Shown here one piece after another: positions 26,012 to 39,029 of a DNA stretch of 64,000 nucleotides. The DNA is from Anthoceros angustus (Eukaryota > Plantae > Anthocerotophyta), in the NCBI GenBank assembly GCA_010909165.1, contig VJWM01000044.1, positions 248,001-312,000 of the forward strand. Reading direction: 5' to 3'. A model generated the notes under the pieces. It saw only the letters and a list, made by a program, of their open reading frames with translations. It was not told where the DNA came from and ran no database searches. Both the position numbers and the translations under genes were made by a program. The stretch's first letter is position 1. Each line of letters begins with the position of its first letter.

Positions 26012-27630
26012 TTGGTATTTGTCGTGTGTTTCTATGTAGGTATTGGTGTTCATATGGACCGGAGGATTTCAGTTACCACACCCAAGAATGTGCATGAAGA
26101 CCGGATGTATGGCCAATTTTGTTGTGAAGCGATTTATTCCCCTGTTGCTCAAATCCTTCTTCATGAAGGCGCACGTAGATCGAGCGGTGATATCTGTCAT
26201 GGTCCGTATGTGGGACACCCTAAATTGTCTAGAGCTCCTTGGATCTCGAAGAGAAAAAGGATTGGGTTAAACATTGTCTTTATTGCAAGGTATACGTCGG
26301 AGATTGCGTCGGCATGTTGCGGTTGTGTCGAGAAGATGAGTCACTACATAGGACATGAGCGTGGTGGTGACGTTCGAGATGACTACATGCAGCGCAAGGA
26401 TGTGTTGAACATGAAACGACAAGTGGAAGCGGGTGAGTGGAAACTAGACCCTGATGATGTAAAGTCCACTGAGATGTGGCTCAAAGTGAATGCTGACCTT
26501 ATCTTCCATAGATCAGAACCTGGTGAACCTTTTGTTTTAGGGTTGCAAACTCCTTTCATGCGGCAGATGTTCATCAAGCATGGTAACAATAGTGTTTTAG
26601 CCATGGACGCCACATTTGGTATGAACAAGTATAGGTACCACTTATTTACGGTGATGGTTTTTGATCAACACCTTAATGGTATTCCAGTTGCTTGGGCACT
26701 AACACAGGAGGCTACTATACTTTCTTTGGTATCATGGTTGGCGACTCACATGTCGCTCTTACAACATGTGCAACATGGGTCCCTAGTTGCTTCCTAGTTG
26801 ATGATTGTTTAGCGAGATAGGTGCCTTTAAGCGGTATGGGGCCAACATACATGTTGTGTTGTGTCTATGGCATGTAAGGAAGGCTGGCGTGAAACCTTTT
26901 AAAGAAGGTAAAGTGCATTATTGCAAGGAAGAAGATTTGGGCAGCTCTTGCGGAGATCATGTATGTCGAGGCCATGTCATAAGATGATACGTCGCATGGG
27001 GTAAGGTATTGTTAGAGTTCTTCTACAAGGAGTGGCATGGAAGTCAACCACCTTTGTTGAGTATTTCAAGAAGCGGTGGGGTGACTCTATAGGTATTATT
27101 CTTTGCCCAAAGTGCACTAGTTTCTTTGTGTAAGGGTTGCTTGAATGGATGTTTACATGGTGTCTGTGTGTAATAATGTTTCGCATTTCTTTATGCGGAC
27201 ATGTGGTCGAAGAACTGCAGGATGTTTCCCCACGATGGTCAAGATACCACGTCTGCTCTGGAGGCCTTTCATCGATTCTTGAAGGAAAGAGTATCTTTTA
27301 CCAAGGCTGCGTTGCGGAAGGCGTATGGATTGGCTTCTTCATCAACTTGTGAGCAGTAGCAGCATTCGGTACCTTGATTTCACCAAGGGAGGGGTTACAA
27401 ATTTAAAACTCGAGAAGGTATATGAGCATGTTTTGTCCGCATGAGCACCATCGAAGGTCTATTCCGTCGTAGTTGGGTCTCTTGTTGCATATTGCATGTC
27501 CTCGAGGATAGTGACAAGGTTTACGTCATTGAGGCTGCACATTCTCCATGGGCATTTTGTACTTGTGGGATGGGCGAGAAAGGATTCATTTGCAAACATG
27601 TTGTGAAGGTGCGTATGTGGTATATTTGAA
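26012..27630 (+). pseudogene. MULE (MuDR-type) DDE transposase with SWIM zinc finger, frameshifted
   Basis: VLAMDATFGMNKYRYHLFTVMVFDQHLNGIPVAWAL (MULE domain); HVVLCLWHVRKA (CxxH motif); FCTCGMGEKGFICKHVVKV (SWIM). Confidence 0.9.
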
Positions 27631-28092
27631 CATACTTCCGATTATTGCGCCTTGCTTGGTGTACCAATGGATCTTATGTTCGGGCACAAGAAGAAGGAAG
27701 AACATTACGACCTAAATCTTGTTGAGAATGAGATATCACATGATAATCATGTTCGAGGATACAACGGCACAATCTGACATCGTCGCACATCTTCCCATCA
27801 ACCTGTAGCTTGGAGGAGTTGAAGAAGCGGCGTCGAGACTTGGATGCAATCGTATGGGTATTCCAAGCATTGTGGAAGCCAAGCACGCTATTTTGTTTGA
27901 GGTCTGCAATAATGGAACAAGCACAACATCGTATTAGGGAAGTTGCACGGTGGACGAGGCCTCAAGCGATGGCCGGTATTAGAGGAGTTTGTTCGAATAG
28001 CGGGACCAACCGGTTAGTGCGTTTCAAGGGCATTGAAGAACGCTCAAGACCGAAGAAGAAAAAGTGATTACTTTGTGACACCTTTAGGCTAA

Positions 28093-28206
28093 GGGCTGAA
28101 GAATTTTGCAATCGAGGTGAAAAATTTTGCAATCGAGGGCTAAGAAATTTTGCAATCGAGGGCTGAAAAATTTTGCAATCGAGGGCTAAGAAATTTTGCA
28201 ATCGAG
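28093..28206 (+). repeat. Tandem repeat, ~23-bp unit x5, inside the MULE
   Basis: GGGCT(A/G)A(G/A)AAATTTTGCAATCGA repeated. Confidence 0.9.
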
Positions 28207-30499
28207 AAATTTGAGGAATTTGTTACGAATTTGTTCGAATGTTTCGACCTTGTATAGCCTGGACTTCTTTACTAGGATGTTTTACAAATTAGTACAATAA
28301 TGAAGGCTGTATGGCTAGAAGGCTCTTTGTATGGCTAGAAGGCTCTATGGCAATTTCCTACGAACATCGATTCAAAAATACGTCCCATCCACGATGTCCC
28401 CGCCTTTGCTAGTTGTCCTCCCTCACTTTGGTGACAAACATCAAGACTCAACGGCAGGTTTACGAGTCACGAGTACACGAGATAAATGTGGGGCTGGCCA
28501 AGTGCATTTCCGGTTGTGACTTATACGAGCACGCCCTCCAGCGCTTTACCGCATCATTTCTAGGGCCCCAAAGATGAACCTACAAAACACTTCCTCCCGT
28601 GATCCGTCACTTTGGCATCCACATACTAGCGATGCAATGTTTATCGCTGCCATACTCGGCTCATCACCCAGCATTTGACCCCAGAACTTGCCATCCACGG
28701 AATGGAGCCGATCACACATCACTCATCAATTTGAGTGGCGGAAGAGCCATCGACGCGCGTCCCAACACATCCCCCACCCCGCCGGCCTCCCAAACCGCCC
28801 GGCCATGGCCTCCCGCCCCCCTCCCGCGGCCTCCCAAGGCCTCCACCCGGCCCTCCCGCCTCCGCCCCGCTGCGGCCTCGCCCCGCGCCTCCCAGCCTCC
28901 CCCCACCCCCTCCCCCTCCGCCCGCCCCTCCCACCCCCGCCCCCTCCTCCTCCGTGGCCCTCCCCGCCCTCCTCCCGTCCTCCGCCCCGCGCCCTCCTCC
29001 CCGTCCTCGCCCGCGCCCTCCCTCCCGTCCTCGCCCCGCCCTCCCTCCCGTCCTCGCGTCCTCCCCGGATCGCTCCTGCCTTGTCTTTAGTTTGAGACAC
29101 CCGCGCTCAGTTCATACTCTCGCGCACGGTTCTAAAATCAAGCATGGTTGGTTTACATCACAACCTCGTTGTGGTGGGTGCGTATATCTTGGGGTTGTGC
29201 CGTGCTGGGCAAAATCTGGCAGTGACATCCTGTATGGACCTGTACATGGTGTTGCGTTTAAAGTATACCACGATGAGAGAGCATCGTGATGGGAGCATGG
29301 CATGCCACGCCACTTTCACAGCATTGATTGCCGGAGATTGAGCAGTGGACGGGCAGGACGCCCGCAGGGGTCAGCGCCCGCGGAAGCAGGGGGCCTCCTC
29401 ACCCTCACTTATTTTTTCAAAATTGCATCATCGTTGCGAGATCGGGACTTGAGCACACAACCTTTAGCTCTAATCCGTGAGACTCACCACCACACCAACA
29501 CAGTTAACATTGTAGTTCGTTCATTCGGATATATTTATCGAATATAGAAATAGGGGAGAGGGTGGGGTGGGGAATTTAGCCGGAGTTAGGCATAACCTTT
29601 TTAGTTATTCCGTCCTCCAGCAACACTCCTATTTCTCCGGCCCTCTAAACATAATTAGGTTCTTGAACCCATCTTGAGGGATCACGAGCTACAACGCCGT
29701 AGTCGTAATCCTACTTAGAAGTTTTCATGCTTCTAGCAGCAACGGTTGAACAGCCCTAATTACTAGTTTCCAAAACTTGAACCTTTTCCCCACACTCCTC
29801 CGCCCTCATGGCGACAACGAGTTCACCCTATATTTACTTGAACTTAGAGAAGGAGGAGTTCAAGGAGATGGCTACCCCCACCTGGCCGTAAGGATGAAGA
29901 CCACTTTGCTAGCATGCGAGTGTGGGGCACGGTGACGATCATATAAGTCGATCCAGTGTGGAGCATAAAAGTTTGGGCAACCAGCCCAAAAGAGCAGGCG
30001 AACAAGTTTGATTTTTTTTTGGCTAGGAACGATTGAAGAGGAGCATGCCAGAAATTTTCTGAGAATCTTGAAGTGGAGTTGTAGGATATTGTTAGGAAGG
30101 AAGAGGATATCCGAGGAAGAAGAACGGGTCAAAAATGACCCAAGGCGAAAGGAATGGCGAAGGCGGTGGGCAGACTACCCGTGGGCGCCACACCAGTAGG
30201 TCGAGAGGAAGGGCGGACTACGGGTAGGTGGCGATCTCGGACAAAAGGGAAATTAGGATAGGGAGATATCCACTATATATGCCCACCAATAGTGGACTAG
30301 ATAAATGGGTCGAATAGGAAATTAAAAGCTAGATTGGGCCGTTAGGAAACTAGGGGAAATAGTATCTTAGTATAAGAGGAATTGGGAAACTCAATCAATC
30401 AGAAAAGGTGCCACGTGGTGCATATCCAAGGCGATTGGTAGTTACCATTCCTAACCCCAAGTTATCTTTATCTGCTGCATGTGTGTAGGAGGTCACAAC

Positions 30500-33300
30500 T
30501 TGAAGGTGAGGAAGCGCCAACACTGCAGAAGGCGCCGCCACACCAAGAGTCAGAAGAGCCCCACAGTGTACGATGTCGTGCTGTGGATAGAGAAGAGGCG
30601 CAAGCTAGCGGCAGAGGAGGAAAATAAGCAAGACAAGTAGGGGTGCAGCAGGAGAAGAAGAAGGAAGGAAAGGGCCGGGGTGGAAGGAAGTAGGCAATGT
30701 TTGCCCAAGCCCAAAGAAGTGTTGGGAAGAGCGAGGCATGTCAAAATTGAAGAGAAATTGCGGAGAAGGGACTAACAACTTGCCGGAGACGATATAAGAA
30801 TCCGTGAAACGCCCCAAGAGAAATCCTTCTTTCGAAGTCACAATAGTAGGAAACTTGTGCTGGAAAGGCAAGGGTGTAAGAGCTAGGGGAATTATGAGCA
30901 AGGGCGAGGTCAAGGCCGTGTGTGTGGAAATTGCAAGGAGCTGGAAGGTTCTTGGCATCCATTCAAGATTGTCCATCTCGAGGCCAAGCATGGAAAGACC
31001 ATTGCCTTTTATGTTGAAGAAGACACTCAGGACAAGCATCGTCAAGCTACGGCATCAAGGCTGGAGGACTCGAAGGAAGAGGAGGAAGCGTGGTAGAACC
31101 CGAGGGGTTGCGGGAGGAGGAAACCTCCATGAGCGAGCCCAGAGGAGCTCAAGAGATGCAGCCGGATAGGGCCAAATGGTGTATAGACGCCATGGTAGGT
31201 GCACACCCTACCGTGATAGGAACAACACGTACAAGGGTGAGTGGGTACCCACTATAGCTGGTACCCAAAGACCTGGGTAGGCAGCCGTTGGTAGGTAGGC
31301 AAGGGAAGGGAATTGGAGAGTGCCTAGCACATGTTGCGTGGGTGAAGGCCACAAGGCGAAGGATGAAGAAGAGAAGAGAGCTGAAGTTATGGTGCAAATG
31401 CTAGTCATTTGCAAGAGGAGGCCATGGCGGTCAAGCATGTGGAAGTACTTGCGGTGGAGTAATGATGTGAGGATGGCATGATAGGGCCGTGTCGAACTAG
31501 GAGAGGCCATGGTAGAGCTCTCATGGGTGAATTTGGGCTGGCTGCAAGATGGAGGTGGCACAACCACAGAAGGTAGTATTGCGGATGGGGCAATATGGTG
31601 AAGGAATCGCAATGGGGTGTGCATCATGAAGGCAAAATTCGCTTGGGCTGCAAGTAGGTGTGAAGGGAGGTCGTTGTGGTGGCGCGAGGAGAATTGGGCA
31701 GCAAGGTAGGTGATTCGAGAGTTGGTCAAGGAGTTCGCTAAGGAGAAATGTGGAGAAGGAGCTTGGTGAGGAGTTCAATAATGAATGACTAAAATGTATG
31801 TGGCAAAAATGCACAAGGAACTTGGTGTGTTGGATATGTGGATATAAGAACTCCAGTTAAGCGTCCTATGTGGATCACTCGGATGGGGTGTGTGAGGAGT
31901 ATGAGCTTATATTTGCAAAAGACACGGAGCTGATTGGGAGTTCTTAGTAGGGAGTTGCGTGACGCACGGATTTTGGAGGCTGAGGATTGAGCTTTTCCTT
32001 GGGTTTTTGGGTAGGATGGTCTCTATGGGAGCGCCTAGGGCCAAGGAGATGCAGGGAATGTTGCTCTTGCACAAGAGTGAAGGATTGATGACTTAAGAGC
32101 CTTCTTGGTGCAAACCAACTAGGGTCTTGAATTTGTGCAAGATGGATGGAAAGGATCCTTAGATTCATGGTGGGATTGATGGCTACGATAGAAATTAGAG
32201 GTTATGGTCTGCAAATAATGGATGGGATATGGCCACATGCTTGCAACCACTCAAATCTATGGCTGCAATTTAGGAGCTCTGTGCTATAATTGTCGCATGA
32301 GAAGACTGATGTCTAAAAGTGCAGAGGGGAGTGAGCTAGAGCTTGTGCGCCCTGCCTGTGTGTGCCTTCTTAAGAGTGATGCCGCCATCTCCTCTTGGTG
32401 TTCTCTTTCTTGTGGCACCAATTTCTTGGGTCTTGGTGTGCCTTGGCTTGGTTTTGAGTGAATTTCTTCTAAGAGGGATGTCCTTAGTGTTCTTGGTGCT
32501 TAGCTTGGTGTTTGTTCTCCTCATGGGATTGCTAAGAGCCAATGCAAGGATGAGGAGGTTCGGAGGAAGCGTGTGGATGCCGTGAAGGGTTTAGGCCAAG
32601 AAACCCCAACTCATGAAGCATGGTGGTAGTTTGGAGTGTAAACCCATTGCCAAAAATATTGGGCGATGGCATGGTGTGTGGAGGCCTACAATAATTGTGA
32701 AGAGGAGGATGCTTGGGCCACACGATGATGATAGGGAGGCCCTCTGCATTAAGCCGGGGCCTTAGATTTTGATGAGGTCACAAGCGATATGGACTCCGAG
32801 GAGTTTGGAGAAGAAATGGCGAGAGAGGAGCCCATAGTGCCATAAGGAAGCAGGAGGAAGGCCACGGTAGGGAGGCACAGGCGAGGAGGCGCCAGTCAGG
32901 CGACCCACAATAGGTCGTCAAGGAGGCAATGGATGCAAGTGCTATTGAGGGGAGAGCGATGGTAGGGGAGGCAAGTACTTTGGCCCCCCAGAGATGTTAA
33001 GGAGGAGGTTGTCTCCCTAGGAGAATGAAAATCACAAAGAGGAGCTCAACCTACCAACATAAGTGCAGGAGCAAGGAGGTCACTTGTTCCACAAGTGAAG
33101 GAGAGGAGGATGAGTCCTCGGGCCAAAGGAAGGAGATGGCGCAGGGCAAGGTAGGGGGTCACCCTACCACGGTGAGTGACCACCCTACCACGAGTCCGCC
33201 GACTACCGTGGTACCACCACCTAGTCGAGACTACGCGGTAGGGGCGGGTACCTGGAGGATCGAGGGCCACGGGGGGCTGATTGAGGATGGAAGGGGGGGT
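30500..33300 (+). pseudogene. Cryptic unknown ORF with a two-helix hydrophobic segment (second copy ~53160-55900)
   Basis: Both copies give GNCKELEGSWHPF(K/E)IVHLEAKHGKTIAFY and a frameshift-tolerant PSPLGVLFLVAPISWVLVCLGLVL...LVFLVLSLVFVLLMGLLRA (32343-32585). I recognise no domain. Confidence 0.4.
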
Positions 33301-34426
33301 CCAGTACATGCCCCAAGATAGATGATAAGGGTGGGAGCAATGCCACCGGTGGAGACCAAAGACGGGTATGGCCCGTGAAGAAGGGGAGAAGGGTAAGAAA
33401 TTCCCTCACCCCACGGATAAGGGAGGAGCCAAGAGAGGAGACCAACGCAAAGAAGGCCCGGAGGAATTAGCGAGGTGACAACATCATCGGCAAATGGGGA
33501 GGAACCTCATGCTCCATAATAGGTATGGACAAATCAAACAACAAAAGGAGCAAAAGGATCTCAACCCTGTGGACCATCACCGGAGGAAGAGGGAAGGAGA
33601 TAGGACAGACTACCATGGTAGGTAGTGACCTACCGATGGTCTGCGGACTACCGATGGGGTGCCCTTTGAAGGGCGCAGTCGTCGGTGGAGGCTAGAAGAT
33701 GGGCCTCGAGTGCGCTAAGGGGGCTATTGGATGGCAAGAGGAATGGGCCTTGCCCAGGAGCGTGAAGAAGGGGCAGGAAGGTACTCTGCCCCAAAGGTCG
33801 AAGGGTGTGGACTACGGACTTCCACAGGGGTTAGAAATTAGGTAGGGTTTTGTTTTTGTAGGGTAAAGGATAAAATGAGGCGAAAAGGAAATAAGCAGTT
33901 AGCACTCGGGCGGCACTCGGGAGTATACTCCAACTCGGAGTGAGGCGTACCTAGGCCTACGATGGCGGGCGGCAGTAGCAGGATAAGTCGGACCCACTCC
34001 GAGACCGAGGCGGGATAAAGTCGCGAAAGTAACTTAGAGCGTGGGGCGGACTAAGCGCGCCACGTGGGCCACAGAGTGGAGGGCGGGCATGCGGGTCGGG
34101 CCTTGCGAGGCCGTTATAGCGGTATTCACGCCCCGCGGGCTGCCGTGGCGTAAGCAGTCTGGCAGCGTAGGCGAGTAAGCCATGCAGACCTCAGCGATTC
34201 TGGACGGAAAGGCGCCCTCAGCCCAGTTACTCCGGCGTGGTCGCGGAAGAAGGTCATTTATTGCGACCTCGAGACAATTCTCATCATCCCTTGCGCTCCA
34301 TGATCCTCTCTGGCGGTATCTCGTGGGACACTCGGGCGTCTTGGCGCGGCTCACGTTGAGGTCGGGCGTGACAGCGAAGAAGGCAGCGTGCGGTCTCGGC
34401 TCAGCGGCCGAGGGAGGAGAAGGCGA

Positions 34427-37000
34427 TGGCACCCAAAAAGCCAGCGGAAGTTTGGGAGCCATGGAACCTTGTGGGCGCAACATTGTGACCGGCGCTATCC
34501 GGACTTTGGGCTGGCTCCGAGGCGGGAATTGGTGCGAGTGGCATTTGGATGTGTTCGGATAGTGCGGACATTTGATGTCACTCTGGTCAGTTTGCGGAAG
34601 ATCTTTGGCGGCGGTCAATAAGGAGGTGCGGTCAAGAACCTCGGGAGGCGATGGACCTTGGAGGTCTGGCGGCCTAGCCCAAGGAGGAAGGGGAGTGGTG
34701 CGGGCCCCTCAAGGCGAAGGGAAGATAGGGGCCGGCCAGTGATGCTAAGGCACAGGGCGCGGACCCTGTGTTGGGCGATATCCAAACTGTTGGGCGGTCG
34801 AGTCGAGGCGGTGGCGGATCATTGTCCTTTGGAACCTACTCACCAAGGTGGATCACCTTGGTGATAATCTATTATTCACCGCCGTTGCGGCCGGGGAAGA
34901 AGGCGGGGGAAGGATTATCTTCGCCCGGTTTAGCAGGCTCAAGCTCGGGGCGAAGCCTTCGCCATCCATCCCATGCACGATCCATGTATGGGGGCATTTG
35001 AACTCCTCGGAAGGAGAGCTTGGCGGCGCTCGGAAAGTGGAGGCCCTAGGAAGTGGAGGCGGGCAGGAGGAGGAGGCAGTCGAAACCAAGCGGACTCGGG
35101 AGGAGGGCGGGAGGATTCGGACTCCATACTGCAGGCGGACCCCCTCACCCAAAGTATGGGAAGCAATTCCGCCTCCCTCCTCGGTGCAGCAGGCAGCCGA
35201 TCCAGTGAGGCGGCCCGACCCAGCGGCCCGCCACCATCACTCGGTGAGGCCGCGGACGAGGAAGGCAGAAGACCCACGGCTGGCAGCGGCACCCGGTCGG
35301 TGCAGTACCTCTTCCCAGCAGCGGGTGGCAAGCGGAGGAAGCGATGGGAGGCGAAAGGGCCAGGCGAGGGAGGAGGACAGCGGCGGCCGCATCGAGCAGT
35401 CTGTCGCCCGGCGAAGGGCAAAGGCGTGCTCCGGACTCCATCACCTCCATGAGGAGGAAAAGGCGGAGAAGAGCTCATGACCAAAAGGGCCAAGGAGGCT
35501 CGGGAGCTCGGCCTCGGGACCTAAGGGTCTGATTGGGTCGGAGAACCCAGTCCGGACTTACTCGGCTGTATGGAGGTCCTTGGTGAGATCGGCTCCTCGG
35601 ACTTTGTGGGAGCCTCACGGCGGCCGTGGAAGAAACACGGCGGGTCAGCTACCGTCATGGGCCGGTATGCTCAGTCATCTTGGGATGGCGAGAAGGCCGG
35701 AGGTGGAAGCCACCGGGCGCATGGTACTCCTCCGAGGCGGTTGGAGGAGCCCGGGAGGCGGAAGGGCGGCTCTCGGCGGATTGAGAAGAAGCGGGAGGCG
35801 AGAGGAGGTCTGGTCCATCCGCAGGGGACCAAATTCCTTTGGAGGAGCAGTGAGCGAGACAAAGCGGGCGGAGGACCTCTGCACGGGCGTGGAGCGAGGA
35901 GCGAAGGGCCGGGCGCAGCAGGCGGGATCTCGGGCGGCCGTGGACGAGCCAAGTGGAGGCTCGGTGAAGGTGGCCAAGGCGGAGGCCACGGCGGCCGTCG
36001 CGATCACTATCGGCGTGATCGGGCCGGTGGAGGAGGCGGCCAGAGAGCCACAGCCAATCGAGGAGCAAGTGGCGCGAACAAGCAGTCGGCCGTGAGGAGC
36101 AGAGGCCGGCACAGATTGGGGACCTCGAGTGCAGTGCGGAGGTAGAAGAGGCGGCGGGAGGCTGGAGGCAACAAGGACACCTTGGGTTGCAACTCCAAGA
36201 TGCATCAGGCGGGGGTTCTCAGAGAATCCAAGACTTGACGAGAGGTGAAACGCCTCCAGCTCCGCTTGAAGGCGGAGGAGAATGGCGGTGCAAGGAGTTC
36301 GGCGTCGCAAGGTTGCGGCGGATGTGGAGGAAGCCGAGAGTCGGACGGGGATCTGGCCCGCTGGAGAAGGAAGTGGCGGACCTCGGGAAAGAATGAGCGG
36401 AGGAAGAAAGCCTTTGGAGGAGCTACGATTGCTCGTCCGGTTGCGAGGAAGCGGAAGGGGCTCGGCTCCATGGCCCATAAGCGGCTGGGTGAACAGCAGG
36501 AGGAGGAGAGCGTCGGCGGCGAAGGTTGCAAGAATGTGAGGCCTTGGCGGCCTCAAGAGTCCGCCCGCCTCTGTGGTAAGCAGCCCGCGGAGGCAGGCGG
36601 TGGGCGATCTGCTCGATTAAGCACCTGGAGGAGAGTGGGTGCTCGGGCTCATGTAGAGGCGATTGGCAAGTCGATTCCGACCGCCTACTACCACGAGCTC
36701 CTCAAGGCTCAGGAGGTCTGCGCCACCCTAGGCGGGAGGTGGACTTCGGAAGGATGGAAGGAGGCGAGAGGGCGGACCCGGGGCAGCCCAGGAGTCCCAG
36801 GCTGTTGTGATGTGGCGAGGAGAAGCGTGGGAGGCAGGAGGAGGAAGGGTCGCCACAGGAGGCACTCGGCACCCTCGCATGGAAGGAAGAGGGAGGATCT
36901 TGGAGGAAGGGAAAGGGTGCAAGGGCATTCGGGAACCAAGGGAGGCTCGGTGGATGAACCCATGACCCGGTGAGGAGGCATGCCCGGGGCACGAGGTCGG
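34427..37000 (+). pseudogene. Gypsy family-A-related 3' extra ORF
   Basis: Starts MAPKKPAEVWEPWNLV, as does the copy at 57127. Contains DHLGDNLLFTAVAAGEEG...RIIFARF, a coiled-coil region and HVEAIGKSIPTAYYHELLKAQEV. Confidence 0.6.
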
Positions 37001-37543
37001 ACTTTGTCCGGACTCGAGAAAGGCGGATCCAGTCGGCCCCAGAAGGAAATCTGGACTTAGGGATCAGACTCTGGTAGTCCGGACCAGGTCCGGACCCAGG
37101 AAGGTTGGGTCAGAGGACCCCGGAGGCAATCCGGACCAGGGCCGGACTCGAGGCAGCCCGGGGCCGGACCCCGGAGGAGGCCGGACCTAGAGGTCCGGAC
37201 TCGGTCGAGGCAGTCACGAGGTCCAAACTCGGGGGTGGGGAGCCACGATCCTGGCCCAGATCCGGCCCTTGGAGGCCCCTGCGAGGCCCGCCCGAGAGAG
37301 AAGAGGGAGGGACGAGGAAGACTTGGTGGTGGCCGCGTTGTCGGGCCGCCCGGTGGGCAGCAGACCCTCGGGAAGAGGAAGGGGTCCGCCTCGCGGATCA
37401 TCCGATTAGGGTCCGATCGGCGAGCTCGGCTTTGGGCGCCGGTGCCAAGAAGGGGCCATCCCGGCCCCACCAGGCCATAGGCGGAATAGGGAGGATAGTA
37501 GGCGGGGTTAGGGCTGCTGGTGCGCCCTCATTTCGAATAGAGG

Positions 37544-38195
37544 TGTAATAAAGGCGACCTTGCGTAGTATAAGAGGGCTAAGGCATACAGATAAATCATC
37601 TTTCTCTTGGTGTTGATCGCGTTCTTGCGAGACCTTTGTGTGTCTTCTTGCTAAGCGTGAGTCACGAGTCAGCGGCGAGCCGCGCTCGGGAGATTGATCG
37701 GGGTCTGGTAGCGGACCTAAGCGTGTTGTGGTGTGTGCGGGGAAGGGTGTGGTGACCCGTGCTGCGTCAGGCGCGACCCGGCACCGAGCAGGCGGGCGTG
37801 AGCGGAGGAACTCGGGAGGCGTCTGAGCCGACGGAGAGGCCAGCGGAGCAGCGGAGGAGGTCGGGCTGTAACCAGCGTCTTTCCCTAAGGCGATGGTGTA
37901 AGGTGAGTGGAGAGAAAAGGAAGTGTGGTGGCGAATGTGAGCGTCTGGGCCTTGAGCAGGTCCCTAAGCGTTTAGCCATCACAAGACTGTCACGGTGAAA
38001 CGTTGCAGTAGTTAGGCGTATGTGTCGTTGAGGGCAGGCGCAAAGTGAGGTAAGAATCACAGCAGCAAGCAGACCTATCATTCCTTGGAGCGGACTTCTT
38101 CCTACAACGACCTTGATTGTTATGCCGGTGCCATCGTGAAAGTCGGCGCCACAAAGGCGAGGAAGGTACTTGCCCAAAAGTCGAGGGGTCGAGTG
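37544..38195 (+). repeat. Family-A-like Gypsy LTR sequence (second copy ~60282-60899)
   Basis: Begins TGTAATAAAGG and is an inverted homologue of 12593-13240. The right end is uncertain. Confidence 0.5.
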
Positions 38196-39029
38196 CAGAA
38201 GACCAAGAGCAAAAAGGGAAGACCAAGGGACAAAGGGGATGAGAAGACCAACCGAGAGGAACGCTGCCACCCCAAGATAAGGACTGAGAATTGTCAATGA
38301 CCATAAATGAGCTTTGGGGAATGGGAAGGATAGGTGGTGTAGGTTGGCAACATTAAAGAGTGGCCATAGGTGAAGTTGCTAGAATAGAATTTACCAAGGA
38401 TCGAGAGATAGACTTAGATGCGGACATTAAATCTTGGCGGTAGGAAATAATAGAATATTGGAAAAGGTGACTGCGGTAGGGTCACCCAAGGGAGGTTGTA
38501 TGTGGAAGGCCTCCTATAGAGGAGGAGGATTTCACAAAGTAAAGTATCATGTCTTGCGCTTCCGCTCATGAGTCCTTTGCCATTACAATTTCGTGCGTGT
38601 GAGCCAACCACGTCTGGTAGAGAGGAAGTCGCGGTGGTCGGAGTGCTTGGTGGAGGACTTGCTCCTTGCAAGTGCCTAAGCGAGTTGCTCCCCTTGTGAA
38701 TGGTTCTTTGTGAAATTGCTTTGCTTTGGGTGTGTGGCAAATGCCGGAGAACTCTCGGCTTGAGGGTAGACTACAGGAAAGACTCACAGGTTCTCATTGT
38801 CAGTGTCAAACTCATAGCCCAAGGAAGAACTTCTTTGGTGGAGGCGGACCCAGGCGGTTGTGCGGCGAGTCGAAACCGATGGCCCAGGCGAGGTTAGACT
38901 AGGAGGAAGAGGATGAGGAGATGAGAAGATGAGTAGAGGATTAGAGGTGTAGGTGTTAGTGGAAGGCCACAGGCGAGCCTAAGGGGCCAGAATCCCAAAT
39001 CTGCAAAGTAAGGCGCTCACAGGTGGAGA

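Larger units (their letters stand above)
25302..29345 (+). mobile_element. Mutator-like element (MULE) with ~250-bp TIRs
   Basis: 25302-25552 is the reverse complement of 29090-29345, and a MULE transposase lies between them. A TSD is not clearly resolved. Confidence 0.85.

Noticed and set aside
28093-28206. CRISPR-like array
   Set aside because: Head-to-tail 23-bp units with no unique spacers, no cas genes and a eukaryotic TE context. The same applies to 25559-25655.
28688-29100. Proline-rich (extensin-like) or glycine-rich proteins, also at 51455-51805
   Set aside because: These are translations of the C-rich low-complexity tract inside the MULE end.
30900-31030. Agenet/Tudor domain in the unknown ORF (EGSWHPFKIV)
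   Set aside because: The resemblance covers a few residues only and cannot be supported without a profile search.
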